Below are positions 24,037 through 37,817 of a stretch of 64,000 bases of DNA, in pieces. The notes beneath the pieces were generated by a model that saw nothing but the letters and a program-made list of their open reading frames with translations, was not told where the DNA came from and did no database searches. The translations under genes were made by a program, and so were the position numbers. Every line of letters starts with the position of its first letter. Positions within the stretch are counted from its first letter, which is position 1. The stretch covers positions 25,420,001 to 25,484,000 of the forward strand of contig NC_043007.1 in assembly GCF_006345805.1 (NCBI RefSeq), in the 5' to 3' direction. This stretch comes from Octopus sinensis. Lineage: Eukaryota.

Positions 24037-24755
24037 GTTAAAGACAGAGAGGGTGAGTGATGGAAGTGATGAAAGAGTCAGATAATTAAAGACTTGCAGA
24101 ATCAGAAACATGAGAGATGTAAAGATTGCTAGATAAATGAGATGGAAAGACAGACAGACTAGTAGCTAGAGGGTCAAACAGGGACATACGATGAAGCAGA
24201 GATGTAACAATATCAGTCTTTATTCCTTTCTTCTTGATGTACTGCACATATATCTTTCTACGTATATATATATATACGTACATGTTTGTGTGAGTGTTTT
24301 TGATGGCAACACTCAGTTGTCATGACATACTAAAAATATATAAATATACTTAACTCCTTTCCTACTACTCATCTTGGATTTCTGGTATCCATGCTGACTT
24401 GATGTTCTTAGTATCCAGGCAGGTGTGGCCTGCTTGTTTGTGTATCTCGCTGACACTAGGTCAGGGTGGCTCGGCTCAAACAGTCATTCTGACATAAAAT
24501 AACAATTTCAAGGCTAACCTCTGACTTTCATTACTGTTTAACCCCGTCAACTTTTCCATGCTTACCTCAGTTGAATGGAATTTGCTGAGGCAGATTTTTC
24601 TACAGCTGGATGCTCTTTCTGTTGCTAACCCTTACCTGTTTCCAAGCGAGGTAATATTTTTCCATGGCCATACATGCTTTGGTGACAGTGGCATTCACAT
24701 CCATCACATGAGGTTATGAAAAGGATATGTGCACACACACACACACACACGTATA

Positions 24756-25233
24756 GGTGGCGAGCTGGCAGAATCGTTAGCACACCGGGCGAAATGCTTA
24801 TCGGTATTTCGTCTGCCGCTACGTTCTGAGTTCAAATTCCGCCGAGGTTGACTTTGCCTTTCATCCTTTCGGGGTCGATAAATTAAGTACCAGTTACGCA
24901 CTGGGGTCGATGTAATCGACTTAATACCTATGTCTGTCCTTGTTTGTCCCCTCTGTGTTTAGCCCCTTGTGGGTAATAAAGAAATAGGTATATATGTGAA
25001 GACGGCGAGCTGGCAGAAACGTTAGCACGCCGGGCAAAATGCTTAGCAGTATTTCGTCTGCCGCTACGTTCTGAGTTCAAATTCCGCCGAGGTCGACTTT
25101 GCCTTTCATCCTTTCGGGGTCAATTAAATAAGTACCAGTTATGCACTGGGGTCAATATAATTGACTTAATCCGTTTGTCTGTCCTTGTTTGTCCTCTCTA
25201 TGTTTAGCTCCTTGTGGGTAGTGAAGAAATAGG
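24756..25233 (+). mobile_element. Two adjacent full-length SINE B copies
   Basis: Heads at about 24756 and 25002; both end gaaatagg-tatatatgtgaa (probable TSD of the second copy). Confidence 0.92.
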
Positions 25234-25249
25234 TATATATGTGAATGTG

Positions 25250-25592
25250 CTGGTAGTATGTAAAAAGCACCGTTTGAATGTTGGTCCTCATGGGGGCAGT
25301 GCCAGGTGACCAAGACCTTTGGTGATATACCATGTTTGAGACAACCTGTCAAGCCAAGTGAGATTGCAGTTGTGCCAAATACCGGTGTTACATACCTGAC
25401 ACTCATGCTGGTGGCATGTAAAAAGCACCCATTACACTCTTGGAGTGGTTGGCATTAGGAAGGGCATCCAGCCATAGAAACCATGCCAAATCAGATTGGA
25501 ACCTGGTGCAGCTCCCCAGCTTGCCAGTTTTCAGTCAAACCATCCAACCCATGCCAGCATGGAAAACAGATGTTATGGTGATGATGATGATG
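25250..25592 (+). mobile_element. RTE 3' UTR/tail fragment
   Basis: Ends (GAT)n; matches the RTE tail. Confidence 0.8.
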
Positions 25593-25802
25593 TTTGTGTT
25601 TTTACTCCACTTCTATTACTCAGCAACCAGTGTTGGTTTCTTTATGTCTTGTAACTTAACAGTTCAGCAAAAGAACTGATAAAATAAGTGCCACACTTAG
25701 GAAATATGTACTGGTGTTGATTTGTTTGACTAAAACCTTCGGGGTAGTGCCCCAGCATGGCCACAATCCAATGACTGAAACAAGTAAAGGAAAGAATATA
25801 TA

Positions 25803-26122
25803 AGGCGTAGGTGTGGCTGTGTGGTAAGTAGCTTGCTTATGAACCACATGGATTTGGTAGATGGAAACTGAAAGAAGCCCATTGTATATATGTATATATT
25901 TATGTATGTGTGTGTATGTTTGTGTATCTGTGTTTGTCCCCCAACATTGCTTGACAACTGATGCTGGTGTGTTTATGTCCCTGTAACTTAGCATTTCGGC
26001 AAAAAGAGACTGATAGAATAAGTATTAGGCTTACAAAGAATAAGTCCTGGGGTCGATTTGCTTGACTAAAGGCAGTGTTCCAGCATGGCCACAGTCAAAT
26101 GACTGAAACAAGTAAAAGAGTA
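25803..26122 (+). mobile_element. SINE A with internal deletion
   Basis: Head jumps from ccacatgg to atttggtagatgg (tgg microhomology). Confidence 0.85.
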
Positions 26123-26584
26123 AATATATATATATTGTCAAGCGTCTTGGCAACTCCACTAGTGCTGGTGACATGTAAAAAGCACCTAATACACACTGTA
26201 AACTGCAAAGTTATTACCAGTTCAAATATGCTTGTGTCATATTCAAACTTGTGAGAAAGCCATTCACTGTGTTTTGTCATGGAGAAAACTTCTTGCTGTA
26301 GACGAATGGTGTAAATGCACCTAAACCAGTTTGCACTGCCACCTATCTATACTGTGAGGCACAAACATTTTGGAGTGGTTATCTTCTCTTCGGTCACAGA
26401 CACTAAACAAGGGTATGCTGCGAACTGATAAAAAATATTGTTTTTCTTATGCTCTTTCAGTCACAGTATGGTGACTGAGTAGCGCTATGTGGTGGCTCAC
26501 CGTAAGCAAATTACGGAGAGAGAACACTTAGCGGTGATGTATATGAATGCAATGTTTTTACCAGTTCAATTATCAATTAGTAAT

Positions 26585-26922
26585 GGAGACCGCCTTGGGT
26601 CATGAATGACCATGGGATTGCACCTAGAAAGTTACCCGCCGAGGCACAAGTCAGGGCAAGATTGTTTGTGGAAGGCTAGCAGTCACCCATGCATACCAGC
26701 CTCTCCTCGTCACACCACTGATGTTATCCAAGGGAAAGGCAAAGGGGCCAATATAGCTTGGTACTAGTGGTGTCGCAACTCATTTCTACAGCTGGGTGAA
26801 CTGGAGCAACGTGAAATAAAGTGTCTTGCTCAAGAACACAACACATAGCCCGGTGCGGGAATCGAACTCACAACCTCACGATTGTAAGCTCTACGCTCTA
26901 ACCACTAAGCCATGCGCCTTCA
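26585..26922 (-). mobile_element. SINE family C, near full length
   Basis: Minus: aaggcgcatggcttagtggttagagcg...gtgagttcgattccc (A/B boxes), tgttcttgagcaagacac core. Confidence 0.85.
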
Positions 26923-28164
26923 ATAACATTGCAGTTACATACATTGCTACTTAGTGATTCCCCTCTGTAATACACTGTAAACTGGTTGACATCAGGAAGG
27001 CCATCCAGCCATAGAAACCATACCAAAGCTGACATTGGAGAAGGATCCAGCCCTGCAGCTCACCGGATCCTGTCAATCCATCAAGCCTATGCCAGCATGG
27101 GAAACAGACAGTGAATGACGACGACGATGACGATGATGATGATGACAACAATTGTGTGTGTGTAATTGTAATTCTTTGGAGAGGGTGCGATAATGTGTCT
27201 AACAGTAATGTACACAAATGTGTGCTTGTGCACGAGCATTTGTGTGTACTGCTTTAAAGAGGGTTGTGCTATGTGTGTGTGATAGTAATGCATTAGAGAG
27301 GATGTGACTACGTGTGTGTGTAATAGTATCTTAGAGAGAGCTTAACAGTATGTTTGTAATGGTAGTACTTAGAGTGTGTGACATTGTGCATGTGTGTGTA
27401 TGTGTGTGCATGGAATAGAATAGAAATGTAGAGAAGGCATGGCCAGTATCTGTGTGTAGGTATAGTATTTTAAAGAGAGTGTGGTGGTAGTATATGTATG
27501 TGTAATGTAGTAGCAGTAGTACTTTAGAAAAGGGTCTGATCTGACAATAAACAGTAAATCCTTGTTCTAGATAAAATGTCTTGATACAAGACCTTGCAGA
27601 GAGAACTCGTACTTTTGGCAGTGGAAGGCAGCAGATGTAATGTTTCATTGGAAGCAGCAGATGTAATCAATGTTGGTGGAAACATAAGAAGCATTGCAAT
27701 TTAGTTTTGAGTAAATCAGAGACCATACTGACTGAGAAAACATACAATGGCTGTCTGTCGGTCGGTCGGTCTCTGTTTCTCTGTCTATATCTCTTTTTTT
27801 CTTTCTCTCTCTGTCTCCCAAGCGAGAGAGACAGACAGATTGAATACAAAATGATTAATTTAACAAGCAAGTCTCTGCAGACATGTGGCATGTGAGAAAT
27901 AGCAGCCAAATTTTCATCAATTAATTTCCTGCTGTCTTAATACACACAGCTTGCACACATATACATACACATACACATTGTTACAACTTGCCCGAAGATC
28001 CTGTGCTTACACTGAGTAACTAGAGACTGACTCAACCAAAATAAAATTATACACACACACGTGCACACACACACATGCGCATACACATATAAGCACAAAC
28101 CTGGCTGTGTGGTAAAGAAGCTCACTTTGCAATCACATGGTTTTGGGTTCAGTTCTATTGCATG

Positions 28165-28199
<35 letters not shown>

Positions 28200-28253
28200 A
28201 CACACACACACAAATATCATCACTATCTCAGGCCCCTGTTCCATGAGTGGCAG

Positions 28254-28500
28254 TGCATGGCTTAGTGGTTAGAGTGTTAGACTCTTGGTTGTAAGATTGT
28301 GGTTTCGATTCCTGGACTGGGCAGCGTGTTGTGTTCTTGAACAAAACACTTCATTGCACATTGCTCCAATCCACTCAGCTGGCACAAATGAGTAATCCAG
28401 CAATGGAGTGTTGTCCTGTCCAGGTGGGGAATTTATGTGCCATGGAAACCGAGAAACTGGCTCTTATGAGTCGGCATGACTTGAGAAGGTGACTTTACTT
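28254..28500 (+). mobile_element. SINE family C copy
   Basis: gcatggcttagtggttagag...ggtttcgattcc...ccactcagctggcac. Confidence 0.75.
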
Positions 28501-28969
28501 TTGCCTTTTCCCTGTTCCATGAGTCGGACTCATCATCATCATCATTTTAACGTCCCCTTTTCTATGCTTGCATGACTTGGTCAGAGCTTATTAAGGCAGG
28601 TTTTCTATGGCCAGCCATCACCAACCCTCATCTGTTTCCGAGTGAGCTAATAGTCCCCCATGGCCAGGCATGTCTTTCTGCAGAAGACTGGAAATCAACA
28701 ACATGTTTCTTCATTAATCCTGTACATTTTGACAGAATGCTAACAATTTGAAATCTGTTAACCCTCTTGGGACACATGGGCCGATTAATTGGCCCAAGTG
28801 ATACAAGCTGAAAGGACTTTGGGGCCGATCCATCAGCCCGATGAAACAAACATTGTGAATGGTTGGTTTTGGAGTGTAATAACCAATCAGAGATCATCTT
28901 TTGGTACATATATTTTGTTATTTTCACAGAAACATTTATGCTTATTATTTCATTTATTTACATGTATTG

Positions 28970-29768
28970 TGTTACCAGCGTCGCCTTACTGGCACTTGTG
29001 CATGTGCTAGAAGGGTGCTAATCCGAGCGTGATTGTTGCCAGAGCAGCCAACTGGCTTCCGTACCCGTGGCACTTAAAAGGGCACCATTCGAGCGTGATC
29101 GTTACCAACGTCGCTTCACTGGTACCTGTGCCGGTGGCACGTGTAAAAAGATTCGAGCGAGGTCATTGCCTGTAACGCCTGACTGGCGTCCATGCCGGTG
29201 GCAGGTAAAAGGCACCATTCGAGCGTGATCGTTACCAGCATCACCTTACTGGCACCTGTGCCGGTGACATGTGTAAAAAGATTCGAGCGAGGTCATTGCC
29301 TGTAACGCCTGACTGGCGTCCATGCCGGTGGCAGGTAAAAGGCACCATTCGAGCGTGATCGTTACCAGCATCACCTTACTGGCACCTGTGCCGGTGACAT
29401 GTGTAAAAAGATTCGAGCGAGGTCATTGCCTGTAACGCCTGACTGGCGTCCATGCCGGTGGCAGGTAAAAGGCACCATTCGAGCGTGATCGTTACCAGCA
29501 TCACCTTACTGGCACCTGTGCCGGTGACATGTGTAAAAAGATTCGAGCGAGGTCATTGCCTGTAACGCCTGACTGGCGTCCATGCCGGTGGCAGGTAAAA
29601 GGCGCCCACTACACTCTCGGAGTGGTTGGCATTAGGAAGGGCATCCAGCTGTAGAAACTCTGCCAGATCAAGATTGGAGCCTGGTGCAGCCATCTGGTTC
29701 GCCAGTCCTCAGTCAAAATCATCCAACCCATGCTAGCATAGAAAGCGGACGTTAAACGATGATGATGA
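28970..29768 (+). mobile_element. RTE LINE 3' UTR fragment containing 4 x 130-bp tandem repeat (29081-29600)
   Basis: ggcaccattc at 29081, 29211, 29341 and 29471; followed by the standard RTE tail and (GAT)n. Confidence 0.9.
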
Positions 29769-30289
29769 TAGTAATGTGTTGTTTCAGGTTTTCTTATTGT
29801 GATAGCTGTATTCTACTGTTTATAAGCTTTCATAATATATATAGTTTTATTAACAAGGTAGTTTTAGGCCCTTTATCATTTATTTTCTGCATGCACCCAT
29901 CAATTTCAATCTCAACAAGAAAAAAATTTCGGTCTCTTTGGCTACACGTATCAAAACACTGTGTGTCTCAAAACAGTTGATGTTTCCCAAACTTTCTTGC
30001 CTGCATCTTCTGACAATTCTAATCTCACTGTAATACTATGTTTTGTAGCGAACAGCAAGGGGTCATGGGAATAACATTTTACATAATCATCCCTGGATAT
30101 AAAACTTGTTTCATGATTGACTCTTCAGTGCTTTCATTGTTTTTATTTCATATGTTCCCTACCTGTGTGTTGGTTTTTGTTTAACGTTTTATTATGAAGA
30201 AAGCATCTTTAATGCATTCCCTACAATAATTTTTTTTTTTGTGTGAATGTGTGTGCGTGTGGGGTGGATACACAGGATTTTCTCTCTCT

Positions 30290-30690
30290 TTCTCTTTTAC
30301 CTGTTTCAGTCATTTGACTGTGGCCATGCTGGAGCACCGCCTTTCATTGAGCAAATCAACCGCAGGACTTATTCTTTGTAAGCCTAGTACTTATTCTATC
30401 GGTCTCTTTTTGCTGAACCGCTAAGTTACAGGGGACGTAAACACACCAGCATCGGTTGTCAAGCGATGTTGGGCGGGGGGGGGGACAAACATACACATAC
30501 ATATATATATATATATACATATATACGATGGGCTTCTTTCAGTTTCCTTCTACCAAATCCACTCACAAGGCTTTGGTCGGCCCGAGGCTATAGTAGAAGA
30601 CACTTGCCTTAGGTACTAAGCAGTGGGACTGAACCCGGAACCATGTGGTTGGTAAGCAAGCTACTTACCACACAGCCACTCCTATGCCTA
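30290..30690 (-). mobile_element. Full-length SINE A
   Basis: Matches 881-1290. Confidence 0.92.
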
Positions 30691-31435
30691 GGATGGTAAT
30701 GTTAGCAAATAAATTTTTTTTCTGATTTATAGTGCAGTGCTTATTTGTTTTTCTACCACCTTGCAAATTATTTCTTATCATATGAGAGAGAGAGGAATAT
30801 ATGTTTTGTAAGTTATCTGATATCTTGCCAGTGATTAGGTAATCTCTTTATCAGCAGTTTTTCTTTATAAATTTATTATCACTACAAAGATATATAATGA
30901 TATTAAAACATTTCAAAGAAATGTTTGCAGATTCAGAAGGAATAGTGAAGTATTAAGTCGATGGTTTTGTGAGGAGAAGCAAAGAAGTAAAGAACACCCT
31001 TCGTATATATTTGAATATATAATTAGTGTCTTGGCTGTTAGATAAACCATCCATATGGAAAACAACAGTTAAACTTATGATAGTATATTTAATGCAGGGA
31101 GCATTGAAAAGCTAACTAGAAATACACATGGAGAGATATGTTAGTGTTAATATATTTAAACCAGGGAGTATTAGAAATCTGTACAGAAATAATGTTTTGA
31201 GAGAGAGAGAGACATATAGAGCATATAATGTTATATTTAATACAGAAAGCAATATAATTTAATAGAAATAAATCGGGTGAGAACAAAAAAAAAAGGAAAA
31301 TTAATATTAGTCCATAGCTGATATTATTTCTCATTTTCCAACTGGGTGTAAGTGACAACAGTATGTTTCTGTCTTATTCTGAGCTCATCAGTATAGAATG
31401 AGACACCTCTTTATTTTATTTTATTTTATTTATAT

Positions 31436-31855
31436 GATGGGCTTCTTTCAGTTTCTGTCTACCAACACCACTCACAGGCTTTGGTTGACCTGAGGCTATA
31501 GTAGAAGACACTTGCCCAAGGTGCCACACAATGGGACTGAACCTGGAACCATGTGGTTGGGAAGCAAACTTCTTACCACACAGCCAGCCACTCCTGTGAT
31601 TATGTTTATAAATTATTAGATGTTGTTCAAAAACTATCTGAAAACCCATTTCTATTCATTTTTTCAAGGAGAGATACACACACACACACGCACACACGTG
31701 ATTAGCTTTCACAGTTTCTGTCTATTAGATTCACTCACAGGGCATTGGTTGGCACAGGGTCTGTAGCAGAGGACACTTGCCTAAGGTGTTGAGCAGCTGG
31801 ACTGAACCTGGAACCATGTGGTTGCAAAGTATGCTTCTTAACCACTCAGCTTTGG
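31436..31855 (-). mobile_element. Two SINE A 5' halves
   Basis: gacacttgcc.aaggtg...actgaacctggaaccatgtgg twice. Confidence 0.75.
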
Positions 31856-32324
31856 CTAGAATATTTTTCATGCTCCATTGATTACATACATTAATATTAT
31901 CTGTCTACCTGTCTGTCTTACCACATATTTCTAGTTAGCTGTTTTATGCGCTATGTAATAAACACCAACCCTACCTTAACTATCTGCCTACCTTTCTGTC
32001 TGTCTCTCTCACAACATAATTGTTTCAAGTGGATTCTTAATGCTCTGTATACTAAGTATGTCAGCACTAATTTCACTATGGTTTGTTAACATTCCTGATA
32101 CATTTTAGCCTAGTAAACTTTCAATAGTAACTACAGTTAATTACAAACTCCCCTTGGCCCACCTGCCAATCGTTTGCAATTTATTTTGGCTTTTAATTAT
32201 GATAATGAAACACTAGGGAGTTCCAGTCTTCACCGGTATCAAATAATTTAAAGATATTTCCATCGTTTTATGAAAACTATATTGCTTTTATTTTTTCAGT
32301 ATTATTATTATTATTATTATTGAA

Positions 32325-32541
32325 GGCAATGAGCTTGCAGAATTGTCAGTGCACCAAGCAAAATGCCTTGTGGTATTTCATCTGTCTTTATGTTCTGAAG
32401 TTCAAATTCTGCCGAGCTTGACTTTGCCTTTCTTCCTTTTGAGGTCAATAAAGTAAGTACCAGTTGAGTACTGGGGGTTCGATGCAATCAACTTCCCATG
32501 ACCCCCAAATATCAGGCCTTGTGCCGATAGTAGAAAGGATT

Positions 32542-32625
<84 letters not shown>

Positions 32626-32865
32626 GAGTGAGAGAGGAGTTCATGCCATCAAAGTGACACTGGGGTAAAATATACGAAGCCCAATATACCCATCATGACT
32701 ACCTGTCTGATAAGGGTACACCAGGCCCTATTATTATTATCATTATTAATATTATTATTATTATTATTATTATTATTATCATATTAATATTATTATTATT
32801 AATATTATTATTATTAATATTATTATTATTATCATTATTAATATTATTATTATTAATATTATTAA

Positions 32866-32902
<37 letters not shown>
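32325..32902. repeat. Old SINE B (32325-32545) followed by (TCA)n/(TTA)n arrays with a ~100-bp unclassified insert (32626-32727)
   Basis: Directly visible. Confidence 0.75.
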
Positions 32903-33354
32903 TCATGACAGAAATTCAATTTATTATTGTCAATTCATTGAAACCTCATCCAATATTTTTTTTTTTTTGGTTTCATAATGTCTAATCAAAAGTAAATATG
33001 TTAAATTCTTCTGTCATTCAAACATTGTTTCCAAAACGTGACAATACTTTTTTTCTCAAAAGGCCTTGGTATTTTTATTTAGCACTGGAGGACTGCTGTG
33101 TTTCCTGTCTTGTTAACCTAGTTATCTGATCTTTGATGTTTTATAGTAACTTTAAAAAATTTTTTTCGGGTCTTAGCTTATATTATGTTTTCCTTTTATT
33201 GTGCGTCTTTTCTCCAAATATTCCTGGTGAGATCTGAAGTTGAAAACTCTATTGTTGCTGATGTTTAGCCCCAAGTCAAACATGATCCAGAAAATCTATG
33301 GTGGAAAATGTACTAACTGTGACCTACTTGTCTTGTATTTTTTTCCCCCTCAGA

Positions 33355-34222
33355 TATAGGTGTAGGCGTGGCTGTGTGGTAGAGAATCTTGCTTCCCAAC
33401 CATGTGGCTTCGAATGGCTTCGAAGTTCAGCCCTTCTATGTAGCATCTTGGGCAAGTGTCTTTCTGTTATAGCCCTGGGCCAATCATGGCCTTGTTTGTG
33501 AGTTAGGTAGACTGAAACTAAAAGAAACCAATCATGTATGTATGGATGGATGTATGGATGCATACATGCATGCATGCATATATATATATATTTTTTTTCC
33601 ATATATATATATGTGTGTATATATGCATGTATATATGTATATGTGTATATGCATGCATGCATATATGTATGTATATATATACATGCATATATATATATAT
33701 ATATATATATATGCATGTGTATATATATATGCATGTATATATATATGCATGTGTATATATATATGCATGTGTATATATATGTATGTATGTGTATATATGT
33801 GCATGTGTATATATATGTATGTATGTGTGTGTGTATATATATAATATATATATGCATGTGTATATATATGTATATATGGGTATATATATATGCATGCGTA
33901 TATATATATATGTATGCATGTGTATATATATGTATATATGGGTATATATATATGCATGCGTATATATATATATGTATATATGGTTATATATATGTATGTA
34001 TGTATATGTATGTATGTATATGTATATATATGTATGTGTATATATATATATATGTATGTGTATGTATATATGTATGTGTGTATATATATATGTACGTGTG
34101 TGTATATATGTATATATACACACACATATATATACACACGCACATATATATATATACACACACATACATATATACACACGCACATATATATATATACACA
34201 CATACATATATACATACACATA
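33355..34222. repeat. SINE A 5' half followed by a ~700-bp expanded (TA/TG/CA) compound microsatellite
   Basis: Directly visible; source of many Y/I/C/M/H ORFs. Confidence 0.9.
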
Positions 34223-35131
34223 CATCATCATCATCATCATCATCATCATCGTTTAGCGTCCGTTTTCCATGCTAACATGGGTTGGACGGTTCAACTGGGG
34301 TCTGTGAAGCCAGAAGGCTTCATCAGGTCCAGTCAAATCTGGCAGTGTTTCTACGGCTGGATGCCCTTCCTAATGCCAACCACTCCGAGAGTGTAGTGGG
34401 TGCTTTTTACGTGCCACCCGCACAGGTGCCAGACAGAGCTGATATATACATATATATATATACACATACATATATATACATACAAGGCGGTGAGCTGGCA
34501 GAAACGTTAGCACGCTGGGCGAAATGCTTAACGGTATTTTGTCTGCCGTTACGTTCTGAGTTCAAATTCCGCCGAGGTTGACTTTGCCTTTCATCCTTTC
34601 GGGGTCGATTAAATAAGTACCAGTTACGCACTGGGTCGATATAATCGACTTAACCCGTTTGTCTGTCCTTGTTTGTCCTTGTGGGTAGTAAAGAAATAGG
34701 TATATATGTATATATATATGTATGCATGTGTATGTGTGCATCTTTTACTTGTTTCAGTCATTTGACTGTGGCTATACTGGAGCACTGTCTTTAGTCGAGC
34801 AAATCGACCCCAGGACTTATTCTTTGTAAGCCCAGTACTTATTCTATCAGTCTCTTTGCCGAACCGCTAAGTTTTGGGGATGTAAACACACCAGCATCGG
34901 TTGTCAAGCAATGTTGGGGGACAAACACAGATACACACACACATACACACACGTGTATATACATATATACGACGGGTTTCTTTCAGTTTCCGTCTACCAA
35001 ATCCACTCACAAAGCTTTGGTCAGCCCAAGGCTATAGTAGAATACACTGCTGAAGGTGCCATGCAGTGGCACTGAACCTGGAACCATGTGGTTGGTAAGC
35101 AAGCTACTTACCACACAGCCACTCCTATGCC
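34223..35131. mobile_element. Stack: RTE tail (minus, 34223-34440), SINE B (plus, 34485-34702), full SINE A (minus, 34742-35131)
   Basis: Similarity to family consensus within the window. Confidence 0.9.
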
Positions 35132-35522
35132 TCAGTATGTTGTTTTTTTTTTATATTTTTTTTTAGACTTTAGGGTATGATTTGATGGAGATTTGGTAGT
35201 GATTTCTCTTAGATTGTGTGATTACACACAATCTCACCCTAAATCCATGAGCCGGGAGTTATCTGATTGATCAGTAATCTTTTCACTATTCCTTGATAAA
35301 GTAGCTTTCTCCTTTTTGTTTGACCTAGTTTTTGTAGAAGGTTAGGGGTGTGTGATGGTGGTGGTTGCGGCGGCGGTGGTGGAAGAAATTAGATAAAACA
35401 AGCTTATAATTTTAATTAAACACCGTTACTTCATTGCTTCAGGTGTTGAAGTCTGTTCTGATACCTGGCTGACAAGCGAGGTGGCCCTTGTGCATTATTT
35501 GTTGAGGATGAGGATGGTGGAT

Positions 35523-35650
35523 AGATGGATGGATGGATGGATGGATGGATGGATGGATGGAATCACAATATCTTGGCTGCTCCAGCTATTGATTTTATGT
35601 ATTTTTTTCTTTCTTTCTTTTCTTTCCTTCTTTCTTTTCTTTCCTTCTTT

Positions 35651-35721
<71 letters not shown>
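35523..35721. repeat. (GGAT)n and (TTTC)n microsatellites
   Basis: Directly visible. Confidence 0.9.
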
Positions 35722-36349
35722 CACATTGCTCATTTCATTCTGCCTGGCTTGTTTGTTTGCATTTCTGCTTTTTCCTATTTACTGGCATGTCTGCATGTCA
35801 TGGTTATTTTGTAATCTAGTTTTGTGTGGCTGCAGTTTTTCCTGTTGCAGGAAACTATATTATTTAGCTATGCCATGCTTTCATAAAAATCTCTGCTACA
35901 AAACAAAACAAGACAAAAAAAAAAGAACAAATTTAAAAAAAAAAATTACCTTCCAAATAACAAAGAAATCTTAAAACTATTCTGTGAAAGTTTAATTAAT
36001 ATTCTACCCACCACCCATCGTCATACAAAATTCTTTCCGTTCTCATCTTTCAAACATGCATAGACAATTGTTTACATTCATCTTCCCGTGTTGTTTTAAC
36101 CCTTATAACTCCTAAATTATCAATATGTAAGGGAATAAAAAACAAAACAAAATATTTATTGATTTTTTTCCCCCCCGCATATTTAATGGTAAAGAGTGAA
36201 TGTTTAATATTAAAAAATAATCAAATTCTCTGTTTGTCTATGTGTGTCTATTTGTCTCCGACTCTCTTTGTATCTGTCTATCTGTATCTATCTATAATTT
36301 ATCTGCACGTGTGTCTGTGTATATGTATGTATATATGTCTGTGTGAATG

Positions 36350-36391
<42 letters not shown>

Positions 36392-36454
36392 GATGTGTGT
36401 GTGGATGTGTGTGTACATATATGTATACATCTGTGTGAATGTATGTATGTATAT

Positions 36455-36509
<55 letters not shown>

Positions 36510-36552
36510 GTGTGGATGTGTGTACATATATGTATACATCTATCTGCATGAT

Positions 36553-36583
<31 letters not shown>

Positions 36584-36813
36584 TATACATATACACACAG
36601 TGGAGGTGGTGGTAGTGGTGGTGATCACCTGACACGTGTGTTTAAGTGTTTGTGTGTGTCGAACGTGTGTGACCATATGTGTATGCATATATACGTGTAC
36701 AACTCGGTGCATTTTAGTTTATTTTTCTTAATTTCCCCTTACATTACCATGTGTAGTTTCTATTTTCTTTTTGTAACATATTACTATTATATATATATAT
36801 ATATATATATATA

Positions 36814-36944
36814 CAGGGTGTCCCAAAAAAATGTATACACATAGTGGTTCGGCAAAAGAGAACGATAGAATAAGTACTAGGCTTACAAAGAATAACAAAT
36901 TTACAATTATTTAAGGTGTGTATACATTTTTTTGGGACACCTTG
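36814..36944. mobile_element. 131-bp Tc1/mariner-type MITE, ~28-bp TIRs, TA TSD
   Basis: TA-cagggtgtcccaaaaaaatgtatacaca ... tgtgtatacatttttttgggacaccttg-TA (1 mismatch). Confidence 0.9.
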
Positions 36945-37817
36945 TATATCTGCCTATCCGTCTGTTTGTCTGCATGTATTCGTGTGGAAAAATCCTTAGA
37001 GCTCATCCAAGCTTTCAGTTCTGTTGTTTTCTCTCTATAAGAGTGTGTAATATCAAAATTATCATCAAGAATTATTAATAACAGGCATTAGAAAGAATTA
37101 TTAACAACAGACATTAAAGGGTTAATACAGTATTTTTTTTTTTTTTTTTTTTTTTTGCTATTTACTTAGAAATAGTGTATATAATGCGTTGCATATGATC
37201 GTGTGTAGAAAGTGCTGTATGGAATCATGATTAATTGTGATTTGATGTATATTGCTGTATTGCTTAACCTTCGGCAGGCTGGTTCTGGATGAAAGATGCA
37301 GACACATAAATGAATCATTGTTGGATGGAACACAACAAGGTTCTGGCATGTTGCCTTATTAGTAAGATACTGTGACTAAGAATGAAACCATTGTGTAGAA
37401 TCTCTTACCGTTTTATTCCCCTGCGCTACTTGTATTTCTTCTGTATCCAGAACCAATCTTTTAATTGAACTAATATAAACTAATTCTTAGCCATTCTTCG
37501 TAGCAATCCATCTGTGATCATATCTGCTTCTTTGATGCAAAATGTTCCCTGTTTTGAATTGTTCTATGCAAGAATTTTAGGCATGACTGTGGTTAAATAA
37601 GCTCGCTTTGCAACCATGTGATTTCAGGGTCACTCCTATTGTGTGACGCCTTGGGCAAGTGTCTCCTACAGCTCCAAGTGGGGCAATACCTTGTAAATGA
37701 ATATGGCAATGGAAACTGTGTGGAAGCCCGTTGTATACATATGCGTTTGTAGTTTCCTTGTATTTGTCTCTATACGTATGTCTCTATATGCATATATATG
37801 TATGCGTATGTGTGCAT

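Noticed and set aside
26860-26922. tRNA-like sequences (also 18120, 28254, 49225)
   Set aside because: A/B boxes only; no complete cloverleaf; they continue into SINE bodies
29081-29600. Possible CRISPR-like array (also 40905-41520)
   Set aside because: Units are contiguous and near-identical with no unique spacers, no cas genes, eukaryotic context; part of LINE 3' UTRs
31355-31400. Minus-strand CUGAUGA...GAAAC hammerhead-like match
   Set aside because: Helix I and helix II do not pair; no support beyond the core words
33324-34396. Stack of 170-245-aa ORFs on both strands
   Set aside because: TA/TG/CA microsatellite lacks stop codons by composition
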